Source of the DNA: Mustelus asterias
Taxonomy: Eukaryota
Length of the DNA stretch: 64,000 nt
Reading direction: 5' to 3'
Assembly: GCF_964213995.1 (NCBI RefSeq)
Contig: NC_135825.1
Coordinates: 12,090,001-12,154,000 of the forward strand
The notes under the pieces were generated by a model. That model was given only the letters and a program-made list of their open reading frames with translations. It was not told the DNA's origin and did not search any database. A program made the translations under genes and the position numbers. Shown here one piece after another: positions 24,442 through 35,899 of this stretch (within the stretch, counting starts at the first letter, position 1; every line of letters starts with the position of its first letter).

Positions 24442-26455
24442 CTGTGGGAAAGAAACAAACATTCAGAAACTGACTGAGCATCTAAAAATCAAACACTCTG
24501 TGAATTTCAGCTCATCAACCTCTCATTCAGGGTCAGTCATGTTGCAATCTCACCAACACATCCAGCTCTCCATTTCTCTCCACCCTCCCAGCAGCCTGAA
24601 CTACAATGTCTGCTATTATATCAGAACATCGCAGCTCTCCAGATCAAACCATGAACCAGGACCGAAAGATTTAAATTTAATGGTGAGTGGATTAGATGAG
24701 ATTTGGGGCAATGGGTTATTTCACTCGGGGGATGTTGAGGGTCTGGAACTCACTGCCTGGAAGAGTGGTCGAGGGTGGGAGAGGCGGATAACCTGATCAC
24801 ATTAAACAAAATGGATTAAACTTGAGATACTGTAACCTACAGAGCTCTGGATCAAGAACTAGATGGTGGGATTAGATTGGATTGCTTGTTCAGTCAACCC
24901 AGTGTGGCACAGTGGCACAGTGATTAGCACTGCAGCCACATAGCACCAGGGACCCGGGTTCAATTCTAGCATTGGCTGTGTGGTCAGTGTGGAGTTTGCA
25001 CGTTTTCCCCGTGTCTGCGTGGTTTTCCTCTGGGTGCTTCAGTTTCCTCCCACAACCAAAGATATGCAGATACCCATGGGGAGGTGATGGCCCAGTGGTG
25101 TTATCGCTAGCCTATAAATCCATAATCTCATCTAATGTTCTGGGGACCAGGGTTCGAATCCCGCCATGGCAGCAGTTGGAATTTGATTTCAATAAAGAAA
25201 ATCTGGAATTAAGAATCTACTGATCACCATGAAACCATTGTCAGTTATTGGAAAACCCATCTGGTTCACTCATGTCCGTTAAAGAAGGAAATCTACCATC
25301 CTTTCCTGGTCTGGCCTACATGTGATGCCAGAGCCAAAGCAATGTGGTTAATTCTTGACTGTCCTCTGAAATGGCCTCGCAAACCTCTCAGGATGGGCAA
25401 TAAATGCCACCCAGCCAGCGATGCCCATGTCCACAAATGAATAAAACAAATACTGGCACCTCCCACCAGGCACCAGGCAGTGCCAATGTGGGTGGTGCTG
25501 GCGGGGGAGTTGGCATTCTGGGGGGTGGGGCCTATTGGGGGCTCAATGAGTTGGGGGGTTTTCAGTGACACTGTGCACTGGGATCAGTGTGAGAAGGAGA
25601 GAGGAGGGGGATCAGGGCTGGCTATCTGGGTGGGGGGAGATCGGGGCTGGCCCGGGAGAGCTCTGGTAGGCCAGTGATTGGATGGTTGTGGGGGGTCGGG
25701 ATGGCCAGCGATCGGGAGGCTAGCGGTGAGGGGGCCAGTGTGCATGCGCCACTCTCCGCAGTGACAGATCGGTGTGTGTGCAGTGGCTCACTCAGCACTA
25801 TACTGCCAGCCTCTCTAGTGGGATTTGGACCCGCTCACCACATTTCAGAGTGAATCAATCTGTGTCGGAGAATCGTTCTGGTCCGTCCCTTATGTTGTCA
25901 AATGAGCCTCTTCAGACACTGGAGTTGCAACACATCAAGGAAGCTGATCAGGAAACGTGTACTCCCTGTGTTGTGGGATAGCCCGTCAGTGAGTTGCTTG
26001 TCTCTGTTCATTCCTTTGTCTTGTGGAGCTCAGGGTCTGTGTGGAGTAGGCAGTTGCTGCTATTGGTGCTATTGGTCACCTGGGTCCTCATCTGAGGCCC
26101 AAAATAAAACAGCCTGAGAACCACCCATGCTGATCTGATAGATACAATCACCAAAATGTAACCCAGAAATACACATTACCATCTCTGTTGTGAAAGTCTG
26201 TAAATACTGATATTAAAACCTTTCACACAATCAGGCGAGAAATAAGCAGTGAGGTTCCAATGCTCCTTGGCATCTTTCCCAGTCACTTCTTCAGCCTCCC
26301 CCATTGCCTCTGTCTTCTGCCCTTGCTCAGTAACCCGAGCAGCCATAGTTAGATTTCACTAATTGCACTCACTGAGCGATTAATAGACTGAAATTGATAA
26401 CCCGTCTCTCACTGGGGGGATTTGATCACACACGGATTGACACATTTAATGTTTC

Positions 26456-29400
26456 TGATGCGCGACAATTAAGCACGTGGAACCAAGGCTTCGATATTGA
26501 AGGCTTTTATTGTGTAACAATGGAACTACTAACACGAATACACCAGTTCAGACTGAAGGGGTCCTGCCGGAGCAGGGGGTCTTATACCTCGCCACCGGAG
26601 GCGGGACCCCACTGGAATGTGCCATGATAACTCTTATAACAGGTAAACACCCTAACCCAACAACATTGTACAACCCCCACAGTAACAACACCCTAGCCCA
26701 ACAGTAACATAATAACAACCCCCAGTGGTGAACCAACGATGGTTCACCACATTCACCCCTCCTTTAAGAACAAAAGGTGGCGGGGTGCAAGAAAAAACAG
26801 GTCATATAAACAGAATTCACAAGTCCAGACGGTCTGGAGGACCGCACCGACGCTGTGATCTCCTCAACACCGGTTGCGAAACCGGAGCAGGTGCTTGCGG
26901 TGGCGTTCTTTCCAAAACAACGTCTGGCTGTCCCCTCAAGGACTCCCGGGCCGGTTGGCCCTGGTGAGGCGATGGTGCAGGGGATCCTGGAACCTTTGGT
27001 GGTGGTGGTGGTGGTGATGATGGTCGCGCCGATCTCCCGAGTCTCAGGCAAGCTGTACATGGGAGTAAAAGTGTTATGCACTGGTCCCGGTGCTGACCGC
27101 GCCACGTCTGGGGAAGCAATGAGGAGTAGTGGATTCGTGACTGGGGGAATAGGAGCGACAGGAGTTGCTACGTCCCCTGCGGGCGCCAGGTCTCTAATGG
27201 AGACAGTGTCCTCTCGCCCGTCAGGATATGCCACATAGGCATACTGAGGGTTGGCGTGGAGGAGTTGGACCGGTTCGACCAAGGGGTCGGACCTGTGAGC
27301 CCTCACATGTCGCCGCAGAAGGACGGGTCCTGGGTACGTCAACCAGGCTGGCAATGAGGTTCCCGAGGACGACTTCTGAGGGAATGAGAACACCCTCTCG
27401 TGGGGAGTAGCATTGGTTGCCGTACACAGGAGGGAGCGGATAGAATGGAGTGCCTTTGGAAGGACCTCCTGCCAACGGGAGACTGGAAGGCCCCTGGATT
27501 TCAGTGCCAGTAGGACAGCCTTCCAGACTGTAGCATTCTCCCTTTCCACCTGTCCGTTACCCCTAGGGTTGTAGCTCGTGGTTCTACTAGAGGCAATCCC
27601 GAATGAGAGCAGGAATTGCCTCAACTCGTTGCTCATGAACGACGAGCCCCTGTCGCTATGAATGTAGCAGGGGTACCCGAACAGGGTAAAAAGCTCACTG
27701 AATGCCTTGATGACGGTGGCAGTCGACGTGTCCGCACAGGGGACAACAAACGGAAACCGGGAATACTCGTCTATTATGTTGAGGAAATAGACATTCCGGT
27801 CCGTTGAGGGAAGGGGGCCCTTAAAATCCACACTCAGCCTCTCAAAAGGGCGAGTGGCCTTGACCAATTGTGCCCGGTCTGGTCGATAAAAGTGTGGTTT
27901 GCATTCTGCGCAACTCCGACAGCTTCTCGTCACTGACCTGACATCCTCCACCGAGTAGGGCAGGTTGCGGGCTTTGACGAAGTGGTAGAGTCTGGTGACT
28001 CCAGGATGACACAGATCATTGTGGAGAGCCTTCAAGCGGTCCTCCTGCATGATGGCGCATGTTCCGCGCGAGAGGGCATCCGAGGGCTCATTGAGCTTCC
28101 CTGGACGATACATAATATCGTAATTATAGGTGGAGAGCTCAATTCTCCACCGCAAGATCTTATCGTTCTTGATCTTGCCCCTCTGCGTGTTGCTGAACAT
28201 AAACGCCACGGATCGTTGATCCGTGATCAGGGTGAACCGCTTCCCTGCCAGGTAATGGCGCCAGTGTCTGACTGCCTCCACAATGGCCTGAGCCTCCTTC
28301 TCCACCGCTGAGTGCCGAATTTCGGGGCCTTGAAGGGTGCGGGAAAAGAACGCGACGGGCCTGCCTGCCTGGTTTAGTGTGGCGGCTAGGGCGAAATCAG
28401 ATGCATCACTCTCCACCTGGAAAGGGATGGATTCATCCACCGCGTGCATCGTGGCTTTCGAGATGTCGCTTTTCAAAGCCTTGAAGGCCAATTGGGCCTC
28501 CGGCGTAAGTGGGAAGGTCGTGGACTTAATGAGCGGACGAGCTTTGTCCGCGTAGTTGGGGACCCACTGTGCATAATACGAAAAGAACCCGAGGCATCTC
28601 CTCAGTGCTTTCGTGCTAGCGGGCAAGGGAAGTTCAGTAAGTGGGCGCATACGGTCTGGATCAGGGCCAATGACCCCGTTTTCCACCACGTATCCGAGGA
28701 TGGCTAACCTACGCGTACGGAATACGCACTTCTCCCTGTTATAGGTCAGATTCAGGCGAGATGCAGTGCGCAGAAAGTGTTGGAGATTCATGTCGTGGTC
28801 CTGCTGGTCATGGCCGCAGATGGTGACGTTATCCAGGTACGGGAAGGTAGCCCGCAACCCGTTCTGGTCCACCATTCGGTCCATAGCACGCTGGAAGACC
28901 GAGACCCCATTGGTGACACCAAATGGAACCCTGAGGAATTGGTATAGACGACCATCCGCCTCAAAAGTCGTATATTGTCGGTCCTCTGGGCGGATGGGGA
29001 GTTGATGGTAGGCGGACTTAAGGTCTATGGTAGAAAACACTCGGTACTGCGCAATCTGATTGACCATATCAGAAATGCGCGGGAGAGGATACGCATCCAG
29101 CTGCGTATAACGATTAATGGTCTGACTATAGTCGATGACCATCCGAGGTTTGTTCCCGCTTTTGACTACCACGACCTGCGCTCTCCACGGACTAGCACTG
29201 GCCTGTATGATCCCTTCCTTGAGGAGCCGCTGAACCTCAGATCTAATAAAGATCCGGTCCTCAGCGCTGTAACGCCTACTTTTAGTAGCGATGGGCTTGC
29301 AGCCAGGTACCAGATTTTTAAAAAGGGATGGTGTAGTGATTTTCAGGGTGGATAGATTGCATGCGGGGCGCTTTGGGCAATTTGGAGGCTGCGGCTGATT

Positions 29401-31158
29401 CCCTACTGCCAGTGAAGGGAGTGGCCCACCGTACTGTAGGATCACACTCTTCATGTGGACCATAAAGTTTAGTCCGAGGAGAATTGGCGCGCAAAGGTGA
29501 GGTAACACAAGGAGCCTGTATTGCTCGTAAATTGTGCCCTGTACCTCAAGAGTTACCATACATCGTCCTTGGATCGGTACAGACCGGGACCGTGATGCCA
29601 TGGAAATTGTCTGCTTGGCAGGGAGAACCCGGAGTCCACACCTTTTAGCAGTTTCAGGGTGTATGAAACTTTCGGTGCTCCCACTGTCAAACAGACAATT
29701 CACAGTTCGACCACTAACCTTTATATCCATCATGGAATTTTCAAGTCTGTAGTGCCTGGTCTGGTCCAGGGAGATCGACGCCACCGTTGGCCCCTGGGCA
29801 TCACTGCATGCTGCCGATGTGGATGCTGAGGACCCCTGCTGGTCGCTCCTAGTCGTCGTGGACCATGATGGCCGCCCCCATGAATCGCACATGGGCGAGG
29901 GCGCCAAGCGCAGCGACTCCTGGTGGTCTTCCTCCTCCTCCGTCAGCCACGATGGCGCCGTCCTGGGATCGCACATGGTCGGACCTCGTGGGTACTGCGA
30001 CGCTGAAGGAGATTGTCTCCGTTCTGGAGGGTTACAAGCTGCACTGCCGTTTTTAGGCTTGGACCTGCAGACTTTGCCGTAGTGGCCTTTTTTACCGCAC
30101 TGGCTGCAGATTGCCGTTCTTGCCGGACACTGTTGCCGTGGATGCTTGGCCCCACCACAAAAATAGCATCGCTGGCCACCTGGAGCTGCCGCCGTCGTCG
30201 GATCGATCTGGGAGCGCGGGTTAGCGGGGCGAGGAGGGAGCTGAGCTTGCTCCAGCCACGTTGACTGCACGTGGTCCTCGGGGTACAGCGCCAAGCTCTT
30301 CGACGCCGCTTCCAGCATCACGGCCATCTCCATTGCTTGGGTCAAGTCGAGTTTCCCCTTTTCCAGCAATTTAAGCCTGATGTACGAGGACCCTACCCCT
30401 GCTACGAACGCGTCTCGGGCGAGGTCGTACATATATTGTTCGGCTGATACGTCTTTACAATCGCAACCCCTGGCAAGCTGCAGGAGCTCATTGGCGTAGT
30501 CCTCCATGGTTTCGCCCGACTGCCGACGTCGTGTAGCGAGGAGGTAACGAGCATGTATCTCGTTGGGTGGCTTCGTGTACCTTTTTTTTAGGAGCTCGAC
30601 GGCACCCGGGTAAGTGGGAGCTGCACGAATGGCGAGATAAATCGTGTCACTTACCCTTGCGTGGAGGACCTGGAGTTTATCACTGTCTGTAGTGATAGCT
30701 ACTGAGGCTGCCAGGTAGTCCTCGAAACACTTCCACCAATGGTCGAATGTGTTAGCTGCACCGACCGCACGTGGGTCCAGTGTCAGACGATCCGCTTTTA
30801 AGATCTGTTCCATACTCTCTTTTTTTTTGTACAGCTGTGAGTTTTCTGTTACACAATAAAATTGATGCGCGACAATTAAGCACGTGGAACCAAGGCTTCG
30901 ATATTGAAGGCTTTTATTGTGTAACAATGGAACTACTAACACGAATACACCAGTTCAGACTGAAGGGGTCCTGCCGGAGCAGGGGGTCTTATACCTCGCC
31001 ACCGGAGGCGGGACCCCACTGGAATGTGCCATGATAACTCTTATAACAGGTAAACACCCTAACCCAACAACATTGTACAACCCCCACAGTAACAACACCC
31101 TAGCCCAACAGTAACATAATAACAACCCCCAGTGGTGAACCAACGATGGTTCACCACA
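26456..31158 (-). mobile_element. Full-length Ty3/Gypsy LTR retrotransposon in gene A intron 2
   Basis: 296-bp LTRs at 26456-26751 and 30863-31158, identical by eye; TG..CA ends; 5-bp TSD GTTTC (26451-26455 and 31159-31163); polypurine tract at 26752-26765. Confidence 0.97.
26764..30813 (-). CDS. Gypsy single-ORF Gag-Pol polyprotein (about 1349 aa from MEQILKADRL)
   Basis: Two CCHC knuckles, protease LFDSGS, RT SPW..VVV / IDLKSAYHQ / PFG / YLDN, RNase H SDAS..EKEA..TDQ, integrase HHCC and DDE; order PR-RT-RH-IN; no stops. Confidence 0.95.
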   Translation of the reverse strand: MEQILKADRLTLDPRAVGAANTFDHWWKCFEDYLAASVAITTDSDKLQVLHARVSDTIYLAIRAAPTYPGAVELLKKRYTKPPNEIHARYLLATRRRQSGETMEDYANELLQLARGCDCKDVSAEQYMYDLARDAFVAGVGSSYIRLKLLEKGKLDLTQAMEMAVMLEAASKSLALYPEDHVQSTWLEQAQLPPRPANPRSQIDPTTAAAPGGQRCYFCGGAKHPRQQCPARTAICSQCGKKGHYGKVCRSKPKNGSAACNPPERRQSPSASQYPRGPTMCDPRTAPSWLTEEEEDHQESLRLAPSPMCDSWGRPSWSTTTRSDQQGSSASTSAACSDAQGPTVASISLDQTRHYRLENSMMDIKVSGRTVNCLFDSGSTESFIHPETAKRCGLRVLPAKQTISMASRSRSVPIQGRCMVTLEVQGTIYEQYRLLVLPHLCAPILLGLNFMVHMKSVILQYGGPLPSLAVGNQPQPPNCPKRPACNLSTLKITTPSLFKNLVPGCKPIATKSRRYSAEDRIFIRSEVQRLLKEGIIQASASPWRAQVVVVKSGNKPRMVIDYSQTINRYTQLDAYPLPRISDMVNQIAQYRVFSTIDLKSAYHQLPIRPEDRQYTTFEADGRLYQFLRVPFGVTNGVSVFQRAMDRMVDQNGLRATFPYLDNVTICGHDQQDHDMNLQHFLRTASRLNLTYNREKCVFRTRRLAILGYVVENGVIGPDPDRMRPLTELPLPASTKALRRCLGFFSYYAQWVPNYADKARPLIKSTTFPLTPEAQLAFKALKSDISKATMHAVDESIPFQVESDASDFALAATLNQAGRPVAFFSRTLQGPEIRHSAVEKEAQAIVEAVRHWRHYLAGKRFTLITDQRSVAFMFSNTQRGKIKNDKILRWRIELSTYNYDIMYRPGKLNEPSDALSRGTCAIMQEDRLKALHNDLCHPGVTRLYHFVKARNLPYSVEDVRSVTRSCRSCAECKPHFYRPDRAQLVKATRPFERLSVDFKGPLPSTDRNVYFLNIIDEYSRFPFVVPCADTSTATVIKAFSELFTLFGYPCYIHSDRGSSFMSNELRQFLLSFGIASSRTTSYNPRGNGQVERENATVWKAVLLALKSRGLPVSRWQEVLPKALHSIRSLLCTATNATPHERVFSFPQKSSSGTSLPAWLTYPGPVLLRRHVRAHRSDPLVEPVQLLHANPQYAYVAYPDGREDTVSIRDLAPAGDVATPVAPIPPVTNPLLLIASPDVARSAPGPVHNTFTPMYSLPETREIGATIITTTTTTKGSRIPCTIASPGPTGPGVLEGTARRCFGKNATASTCSGFATGVEEITASVRSSRPSGLVNSVYMTCFFLHPATFCS

Positions 31159-31189
31159 GTTTCCATGGAGATTTTTATGATCATTTGGA

Positions 31190-31710
31190 ACATTTGGAAT
31201 ATTGTGTCCAATTCTGGTCACCACACAACCAGAAGGATGTGGAGGCTTTGGAGAGAGTGCAGAAAAGGTTGACCAGGATGTTGCCTGGTATGGAGGGTAT
31301 TACCTATGAGGAGAGTTTGAATGAGCTGGGATTGTTCTCCCTGGAAAGACAGAGGCTGAGGGGCAACCTGAGAGAAGTTTATAAAATTATGAGAGGTGTG
31401 GATAGAGTGAACAGTTGGAAGCTTTTTCCCAGGGCAGAAATGACAATTAGAAGGACGCACAAGTTCAAGATAACGGGGGAAAGATTCAGTGGAGATGTGC
31501 GGGAGAACTTTTTTACACAGAGGGTGGTGGGCGCCTGGAATGCACTGCCAGGTGAGGTGGTTGAGGCACTTATATTAGCTATATTTAAGGTTTTATCTTG
31601 GTAGACGTATGAACAAGCAGGGAATAGAGGAATATAAGCATTGGTAAACGTGATCAGCGCTGGAAGGGCCTGTTCCTGTTCTGTCCTGTTCTTTGTTCTT
31701 TGTTCTTTGA
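31190..31710 (+). mobile_element. CR1 LINE 3' fragment
   Basis: HLEYCVQFWSPH...FFTQRVVGAWNALP; (TGTTCTT)n tail. Confidence 0.9.
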
Positions 31711-32353
31711 TCCCTTTAAGGGGCTTTCACCATATTGGATTATTTAATTGTTTAATTTGCCGATTTGTTAACTTTTAATCTGTCAGCTTCACCCTGAATT
31801 TTCAGTGGTTTATTTGAAAGAAGCACAAACTGACACATTGCGGATACATCTGGATGTTGGGAGTTTGACTGGCTTCCCAACATATTGTCAATTTCTGTGT
31901 ATTTAACCCCCTCTGTGCTCCCCCACCCACCCCCACAGCCCCACCATTCAGCGCTAAACCAACAAGGTACAATTACTACCAACTGGCTGCTCACTTCACT
32001 TTGTTAATGTCTGACTATTGGATTGATCTGGACTGTAAAAATCTGACAGTGTGATATTTAAGACATTTCAGAGACAGGAAAATATTCTGAGCATCGCGGG
32101 TAATGTCTTTCACAATATCCTGCAGTTAAAGGAATTGTTTGTCTGATTATGTTTGAAGTTCTTGATCAGAATGTTGGACAGGCCACGAATTGAGTTTGTG
32201 TCACAAGAGTCGGATTTCCAGATCTCTGCCCTCTAGCTGCCAGACTCTGCATTGCTGCAGAGCCTCGGGATATCGGAGCTGTCAATGTTTCCTTGTGGAT
32301 AAAACATGGATCAGACATTTCAGTAATAAAGAAAATCATTCAGAATAATGTAC

Positions 32354-32674
32354 CGTAAGATATTTGCAGCTCCACGGTTACCTTTGGATCTAAGTCAGGT
32401 ATATCAATTCCACAGCGATACCATCCTGCATCTCCTGAGCGAAGATCCTCCATCGTAACAGCAAATATTCCTTGTGCCTTGTTATCTGTGATCGACATTC
32501 TCCCTCGCCGTCCATCTGGATCATCCGTTCTCACTAAATATGAGCACTGTTCAGTCCAACCGTGACACCAATATTTCACGTTTTGTTTGTATTTCCCTTT
32601 ATAATTGCAATTTATTGTGATCGATCTTCCCACAATTCCTGTGACTTTCTTTTCTGCCCACAATGCACCTGAAA
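32354..32674 (-). CDS. Gene A exon 2: Ig V-type domain D1 (CD300/pIgR-like)
   Basis: gttgtctcctcag|TT ... TACG|gtacat; 321 nt, phase 1-1; GRSITINCNY..KYWCHGWTEQC..GRMSITDN..DAGWYRCGI, with the extra C-C' Cys pair typical of CD300/TREM/pIgR. Confidence 0.93.
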
Positions 32675-33365
32675 CTGAGGAGACAACATTTCAGCAATTG
32701 ACCAAGTAAATAACTGCTTCATACAGAGAGAAACATTTTAATAAGATTTACCACTGTGTACAGAGGAAACTCTCCAATACCTGTATTCATCATTCTCTTT
32801 CTAGTTTGTGATCAATGAAAACATGAATATAGAGCCGTGCTGTCAGTGCCAAAGTACTTCACTGACAATGATTTCTTGTTATGTACAGTGGCCATTGTTA
32901 TTGTGTCACCTTGTCACTCAAGCTTTGCACTGGCGCCTCTGAATGGGTGGATTGCAGGGTCAGGTCCCACTCCAGAGACTGGAGTATAAAATCTACATTA
33001 ACATTCCAGTGTAATACTGAGGGACAAGATGGCTCAGATTTTCCTCCCTCAGTCATGTTCAAAGAGCTCGGTGATGCCATTCAGGTGAAAGGTTCATCTG
33101 ACACCCAGGTCTGGAGGTTCCCTGTCATGGAGAAAATCCCGGGAATGGCTGGAATTTCAAAGTCCTAAGAGTGGGAGCGGGACTGGAATCAGGCTGCATA
33201 CACGATTCGTGGAGGCGAATTGTCATTAAATTCAACACCTGCCTTGATTTAAGTGAGATTTTGGATGAACAGGAGTGTGGAATCCGGTGTGTGCAGATTA
33301 GAATAGTTAAGAGAAGGTTTGAACTTGGTGGATTCTTATGGACAGCCAGGGTATGCCTTCTGGAC

Positions 33366-33468
33366 AGGAAAGTTACTCTTTGGAAGAGGAAAGTTACTCT
33401 TTGGGAGGGGAAAGTTACTCTTTGAGGGGGGAAAGTTCCTCTTTGTGGGGAGAAATTTATTCTTTGGG
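33366..33468. repeat. 21-bp minisatellite, about 5 copies (GGAAAGTTACTCTTTGGRAGR)
   Basis: Direct tandem repetition visible; ORFs show 7-aa periodicity. Confidence 0.85.
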
Positions 33469-34489
33469 ACAAACTCTGGTGAGTGGTCAGGGCCAGAGTG
33501 ATTATCTGGTTGTTTCAATTATTCTATTTATTAACCATGGCGCTGGGGCACAGAAACAGGCCTTGTGTCCAGCTCACCTCCGGGCTGAGCAGCCTGTGGA
33601 TTTGTTCCTGGGTCACCCGTCTCGATTCATTTTTTAATGCCTTTCCTGACTCAATGAACACGACCCAGGGATGAGATGAGGAGATTGTTTTCACTCAAGG
33701 TGTTGGGAATCTTTGGAATTCTCCACCGCAGAAAGCTTTAGATGTACAGTCTTGAAGGATATTAAACACAGAGATTTATACATTTTTGTGGTACTAACAT
33801 AATCGAGGGATATGGGAATAGTGCGGGAAATAAGATTTGAGGTTGGAGATCAGTCAGGATGTTGTTGAATGATGGAGCAGGCTCAAAGGGACAAATGGCC
33901 ATCTCCTGCTCTTATTTCTAATGTTCATCTTGAGGGGGAGAGGTGGCAGTATGAATCAAAAATTCCATTGCAGCCAGCATAATAGCATCAGTTTAATATG
34001 GGGCTGGTGTGAAAATTTAGATTTACTTTAAAAAGAAAATGATTACATCTTTGAAGGTCAAAGTAGACCAACCATGTACAAGTGATTGGATGGTACCATG
34101 GTGAGCCCGGCTGCCTCACAGGGCCAGTGACTTGGGTTCAATTCTGGCCTCAGGTGACTGTGTGGAGCTTGCATATTCTCCCATGTCTGCGTGGGATATC
34201 GCAGGGTGCTCCAGTTTCTACCTACAGTCCAAATATGTGCAGGTTAAGTTGATTGGCCATGCTAAATTGTCCCTTAATGTCCAAAGATGTATAGGTTAGG
34301 AAGTTAGTGAGGGAAATATGTGGTGTTACGGGGATAGGGCCTGGGTAACATGCTTAGCCGGAGAGTTGTTGCAGATGTGATGGGCCGAATGGCCTCCTTT
34401 TGTACTGTTGAGATTCTTTGAAGCAGATTTACCAACAGAGCTTCATAAAACAATATTTCATTCGTAATAATTTAAATAATACAAACAAA

Positions 34490-35150
34490 AGAAGGAAAAT
34501 GGTCTGTTGGCCTTCATAGCGGGAGGATTTGAGTACAGGGATAGGGATGTTTTGCTGCAATTGTACAGGGCATTGGTATGGCCTCACCTGGAGTATTGTG
34601 TGCAGTTTTGGTGTCCTTATCTGAGGAAGGATGTCCTTGCTATAGAGTAAGTACAGTGAAAGTTGACCAGGCTGATTCCTGGGATGACAGGTCTGCTTTA
34701 TGAAGAGGGACTAAGTCAGTTAGGATTATATTCACTGGTGTTTAGAAGAGTGAGGCGGGATCTCATAGAAATTTATAAAATTTGAACAGGGTTACAGAGG
34801 GTAGATTCAGAAAGAATGCCCTCAATGGTGAGGGAGTCCAGAACTAGGGGGTCATAGTTTGAGGATAAGGGGCAAACCATAAAGAACTGAGATGAGGAGA
34901 AACTTTTTCACCCAGAGGGTGGTGAATGTGTGGAATTCACTCCCACAGAATGTAGTTGAGGCCAAAACGTTGTCTGATTTCAAGAAAAAATTAGATAGAG
35001 CTCTTGGGGATAAAGGGATCAAGGAATATGGGAAGAAGGGGATCAGGGTATTGAATTGGATGATCAGCCATGATCAAAATGAATGGCGGAGCAGGCTCGA
35101 AGGGCCGAATGGCCTACTCCTGCTTCTAGTTTCTATTTTTCTATGTTTCT
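34490..35150 (+). mobile_element. Degenerate CR1 LINE 3' fragment
   Basis: LAFIAGGFEY, HLEYCVQFW, MRRNFFTQRVVNVWNSLP; (TTTCTAT)n tail. Confidence 0.85.
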
Positions 35151-35774
35151 AATTGCAAACTTGAGGAATATTTTCCTGGAGCCTTTGTTGCCTCTGCAGT
35201 CTTCAGAGTCAATTCAATGAGCAATAATCTGCAATGGATCACAGGCATCTCTCAACGTGAGGGAGGGACAATTGGTTACATTTAGTGTGGGGGGCAGGAA
35301 TGGGGAAAGGTGAGGAGGCAGATTTCCATAAACTACCACAGCCGCTCTGAGGATTGAACCCCTGCCATTGGAATCATTCCGCATTGCACTCCAAACAACT
35401 GAGCCAATCAAACCCTCCAGTCTCCAGGATATATTGAGCATGAAACTACATTAACAAGTTAACTTTTATTGGACTGAAATGTGTGGCTTCTGCATTTTAA
35501 TTATATTAATCATGTAGCTTTTTAACAAAAATAAATAGGTTAATTTATATTCACAATCAATAATGCCGTTTATTATTTGCTGGGTAAATATTTCTGTGGT
35601 ACAATACTATCAACAAAATAGCTACAAATATCACACAAATTCATTAATTTATTTTTGCTGAGTTTTTGTAGCTTTACATGTCTCCAAGTATTTCAATATC
35701 TCTGCGGGATAAACCATGCACGAGACTTAATCTAACACTCATCATCTCGGGATCCAGCTTTGTCCCTTACTCAC

Positions 35775-35811
35775 CAGGCAGAGAAAAGATGACAAGAATC
35801 AGAATCCACAT
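35775..35811 (-). CDS. Gene A exon 1: signal peptide MWILILVIFSLP(V)
   Basis: ATG at 35811-35809 in context ACAATGT (A at -3); donor CCTG|gtgagt; 37 nt, phase 1; continues VSGALWA in exon 2 as a hydrophobic leader. Confidence 0.88.
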
Positions 35812-35899
35812 TGTTATCTTGGCAATGTTTCGATCAGTATTTATCGTCTGTCACCCAGCTCTTTGTTGAGATGTTGAAAGGCGGATCCAATAAACTCTG

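Noticed and set aside
25960-26110. Possible extra exon in intron 2 (acceptor-like ttttattttgggcctcag at about 26092; S/T/N-rich frame MRTQVTNSTNSSN...)
   Set aside because: In the required phase 1 it reaches a stop after 6 codons and has no good donor; D1 splices in frame to D2 without it.
30814-30942. N-terminal extension of the 1392-aa ORF
   Set aside because: Starts at a non-ATG codon inside the LTR; the first plausible Met is at 30813.
32354-32674. Rearranging V segment (Ig, TCR or IgNAR)
   Set aside because: The exon already includes the G strand and ends in a GT donor; there is no recombination signal sequence and no J segments.
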